DNA of 64,000 bases from Isurus oxyrinchus. Lineage: Eukaryota. This document shows, piece by piece, positions 61,154-64,000 of the stretch (position 1 is its first letter; each line of letters starts with the position of its first letter). The stretch is taken from assembly GCA_026770705.1 (NCBI GenBank), contig JANJGN010000385.1, positions 186,001 to 250,000 on the forward strand, read 5' to 3'. The position numbers were made by a program, and so were the translations under genes. The notes below the pieces were generated by a model. It worked only from the letters and a program-made list of their open reading frames with translations. It did no database searches and was not told the DNA's origin.

Positions 61154-61349
61154 GTAAGCTAAGAGATGTCCCTCTGGGTGAGGTGTTTCTTGCACATGAC
61201 TCTACGTCTACCACCCAGATAGACTGGTCTCTTCCGCAGTTTGATATTATTATGTTCGTGCCTTTAATATTGTCGCCCTCTATGAATTTAACATCATTTC
61301 CTTCTGTCGTTTCCCCTGAAATTCTCATTCTTGTTTTCAATCCCTCCTC

Positions 61350-61815
61350 AGCCACTCCCTATCTCTGTAACCTCCACCAGGCCTTACAAACCTCCCTATC
61401 TCTGTAACCTCCTCCAGCCACTACAACTGTCCCTATCTCTGTTACCTCCTCCAGCCCCTACAACACTCCCTATCTCCGTAACCTCCTCCAGCCCCTACAA
61501 CCCTCCCTATCTCTGTAACCTCCTCCAGCCCCTATAAACCTCCCTATCTCTGTAACCTCCTCCAGCCCCTACAACCCTACCTATCTCTGTAACCTCCCCC
61601 AGGCCCCACAACCCTCATGATCACTGTAACCTCCTCTAGACCCTACAACCCTCCCTATCTCTGTAACCTGCTCCAGACCCTACAACTCTCCCTATCTCTG
61701 TAACCTCCTCCAGACCCTACAACCCTCCCTATCTCTGTAACCTCCTCCAGGCCCCACGACCCTCAGAATCACTGTAACCTCCTCCAGCCCCTACAATGCT
61801 CATGAACTCTATAAC
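61350..61815. repeat. 37-bp VNTR in hepcidin copy 2 intron 1, ~12 copies
   Basis: Shorter mirror of 30805-31645. Confidence 0.9.
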
Positions 61816-62519
61816 ATCGGTCAACACTCCGTGCTGAGGGAGTGCTGCACTGTCAGAGGGTCAGTAGTGTGGAAGTGTTGCACTATTGGAGGAACAGTAC
61901 TGAGTGAGTGCTATACTGTCGGAGGTCAGTACTGAGGAAGTGCTGCATTTTTACAGGGTCAGTACTGTGGAAGTGTTGCACTGTCGGAGGGTCAGTACTG
62001 AGGGAGCGCTGCACTGACGGAGGGATAATACTGTGGGAGTGCAGCACTATCGAGGGGTTAGTACCGAGGGAGTGCTGCAGTGTCAAAGGGTTAGTACTGA
62101 GGGAGCACAACAATGTTGAATGAGACATTAAACTGAGTCCCCCGTCTGCCCTCTCGGGCGGGTGTGAAAGATCCCACAGCCACTATTTGGAGGAAGAGCA
62201 GGGGGTGTTCTCCCCGGTGTCCTGGGACCAATATTTATCCCTCACCCAACATCACCAAAAACAGGTGATCTAGGCCATGATCACATTGCTATTTGTGGGA
62301 TCTTGCTGTGCACAAATCAGCTGCCACATTTCCTACAGTGTGAGTGCACTTCAAAAACATCCTTCAGTGGCTGTGAAATGCTTTGGGATGTGGTGAAAGG
62401 CGTTAGAGAAATGCAAGTCTGTCCTCCTCCCCCTCTCTCTCCTGTACCTCTCTCTCTCTCTCTCCCTCTCCCTCAATCCTCCTCTCACTTTCTCCCTGAT
62501 AAATTCTTTCTTTTTGCAG

Positions 62520-62576
62520 GTTGACACTGCTTTAGGTTCTTCGATGATTGAGAAATCTGTGGATTCCCCGGACACG
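62520..62576 (+). CDS. hamp: Hepcidin copy 2, exon 2 (VDTALGSSMIEKSVDSPDT); exon 3 expected just past the window end
   Basis: One substitution versus copy 1 (ACG>ATG, T>M). Splice sites intact. Confidence 0.82.
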
Positions 62577-64000
62577 GTAGGTGGAAATTCATTCCTTATT
62601 TTAAGGTTTCTCCCTGCTCGTTTCTTCCACAGAAAGTTTTCTGATTTCAAGCTGATTTCAGTGGCAGTCTGTCTCGGTTATACTCAGGAGGCATGTTTGA
62701 AATCGAACCCCCCCCGCCCCCATTTTTTGCAAAGCTGGGAAGAGACAATTCCAAGGAAGTGAACATATCCCCACAGGAATTTTAAATGTAACCCACGCCG
62801 GGAATAGTGAGAGGGAGACTGATCCAGCCTGGGAGTGGGTTAAAGAGAGGCTGGGAGTCGAGAGTCGAAGAGAGGGATGGAATGGGGGAGGGAGGGATTG
62901 GAAGAGAGAGACAGAGAGTGGGACGGGGAGGGGTGAAAGGGAAAGAACATAGGTGGGAGAGAGTGACAGAGGGAGAAATTAAAGAGATGCAGAGTGAGGG
63001 AAAGTGAAAAGAGAAGAGAGATTGTCCAAGAGAGAGAAATTAACAGGAAAGGGAGAGTTACAGAGTGAGCGAAAGGTACAAAAATAGTGTGAGAGAGAGG
63101 GAGAGATACAGAGTGGGAGAATGAGACAGGGGAGAGAGAGAGGGGGAGAGACAGGAAAGGGGAGAGAGGAGAGAAAGATTGGGAGAGAGGGCAATTGAGA
63201 GGAAGAGTAGGAGAGAGAGAGACAGGGAGAGGAGGAGTGGATGAGAGGAAGAGAGAGAGAGATATGGAGCAGGAGAACACCTCCTCCGGTCCCGATGTTC
63301 CTCCAAAATCTCTGACATTACTGCATCTCCCGGGTCCCCCTGATTCCCATCGCTCCACCATTGGTGGCCGTGCCTTCAGCTGCCTGGGGCCCTGAGCTCC
63401 GGAATACCCTCCCTTAACCTCTCTGCCTCTCTCTCTTTCTCTCTCTCTCTCCTTTAAGACGTTCCTTAAAAACTGACATCTTTGACCAAGCTTTTGGTCA
63501 CCTATCCCTAATATCTCCATATGTGACTCAGTGTTAGACTTCTCTCTGATTTACGCTCCGGTAATGTGGGCTGGGACATTTTGCAATGTCAGAGGCGCTG
63601 TGTAAATGCAAGTTGTGAGTGTTATGTGGAAGGGAGACCCCAGGCGGCAGTCAGTGCCAGAGACTGGAGTCAATGTGTGCAGACCGTATCTAATCTCTCC
63701 GAATGCACAATCGGTTTGACTGTCAGCCAAAGCACTTTTGATATTTGATCCTTCTACCTGTTTATAACCAGGCCTACATCATACACCGAGAGGCTGGTTA
63801 ACCACCAGGCGTAATTGAGAAATTACCGAGCTGTCGGAGGGTCAGTATTGAGGGTGTGCTGCACTGTCAGAGGGTCAGTACTGAGGGAGTGCTGCACTGT
63901 CAGAGTGTCAGTACTGAGGGAGTGCTGCACTGTCAGAGGGTCAGTACTGAGGGTGTGCTGCACTGTCAGAGGGTCAGTACTGAGGGTGTGCTGCACTGTT

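Larger units (their letters stand above)
50130..64000. repeat. Right arm of inverted duplication (carries an extra ~54150-57930 block; runs off the window)
   Basis: Same matches as the left arm. Confidence 0.93.

Overview
Eukaryotic, repeat-rich vertebrate DNA with four N-gaps. The LINE, SINE and minisatellite content suggests a cartilaginous fish (inferred). The six-frame ORF track is mostly uninformative because the real genes are spliced, so exons were read from GT/AG boundaries and phases. (1) A birth-and-death cluster of Siglec-family (MAG/CD22/CD33-like) receptor genes. Gene A (+, 288-11846) has a leader, a V-set domain, 4 C2-set domains and a neutral TM. Two tandem 5' duplicates follow: B (leader only) and C (V exon deleted), and C ends in an Arg-containing activating-type TM exon (19412-19551). 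Gene D is an orphan inhibitory 3' half (-, 45971-49416) with an ITIM. Gene E is a MAG-like leader+V pseudogene (+, 54416-55583) cut off by a Gypsy remnant. (2) A complete three-exon hepcidin gene absent from the ORF track (-, 31924-27471; 83 aa). It has an atypical 29-aa mature peptide (MDRQQLCIFCCNCCNWREPNETCGLCCRY) and a TATA/GGCGCC/C-EBP promoter. (3) A large inverted duplication (~28.0-39.2 kb mirrored at ~50.1-64.0 kb) creates a second hepcidin copy (+, exons 1-2 in the window). The rest is CR1-type LINE fragments, solo LTRs, Penelope-like repeats with hammerhead-type motifs, and mini/microsatellites. Identities and copy numbers were counted by eye.
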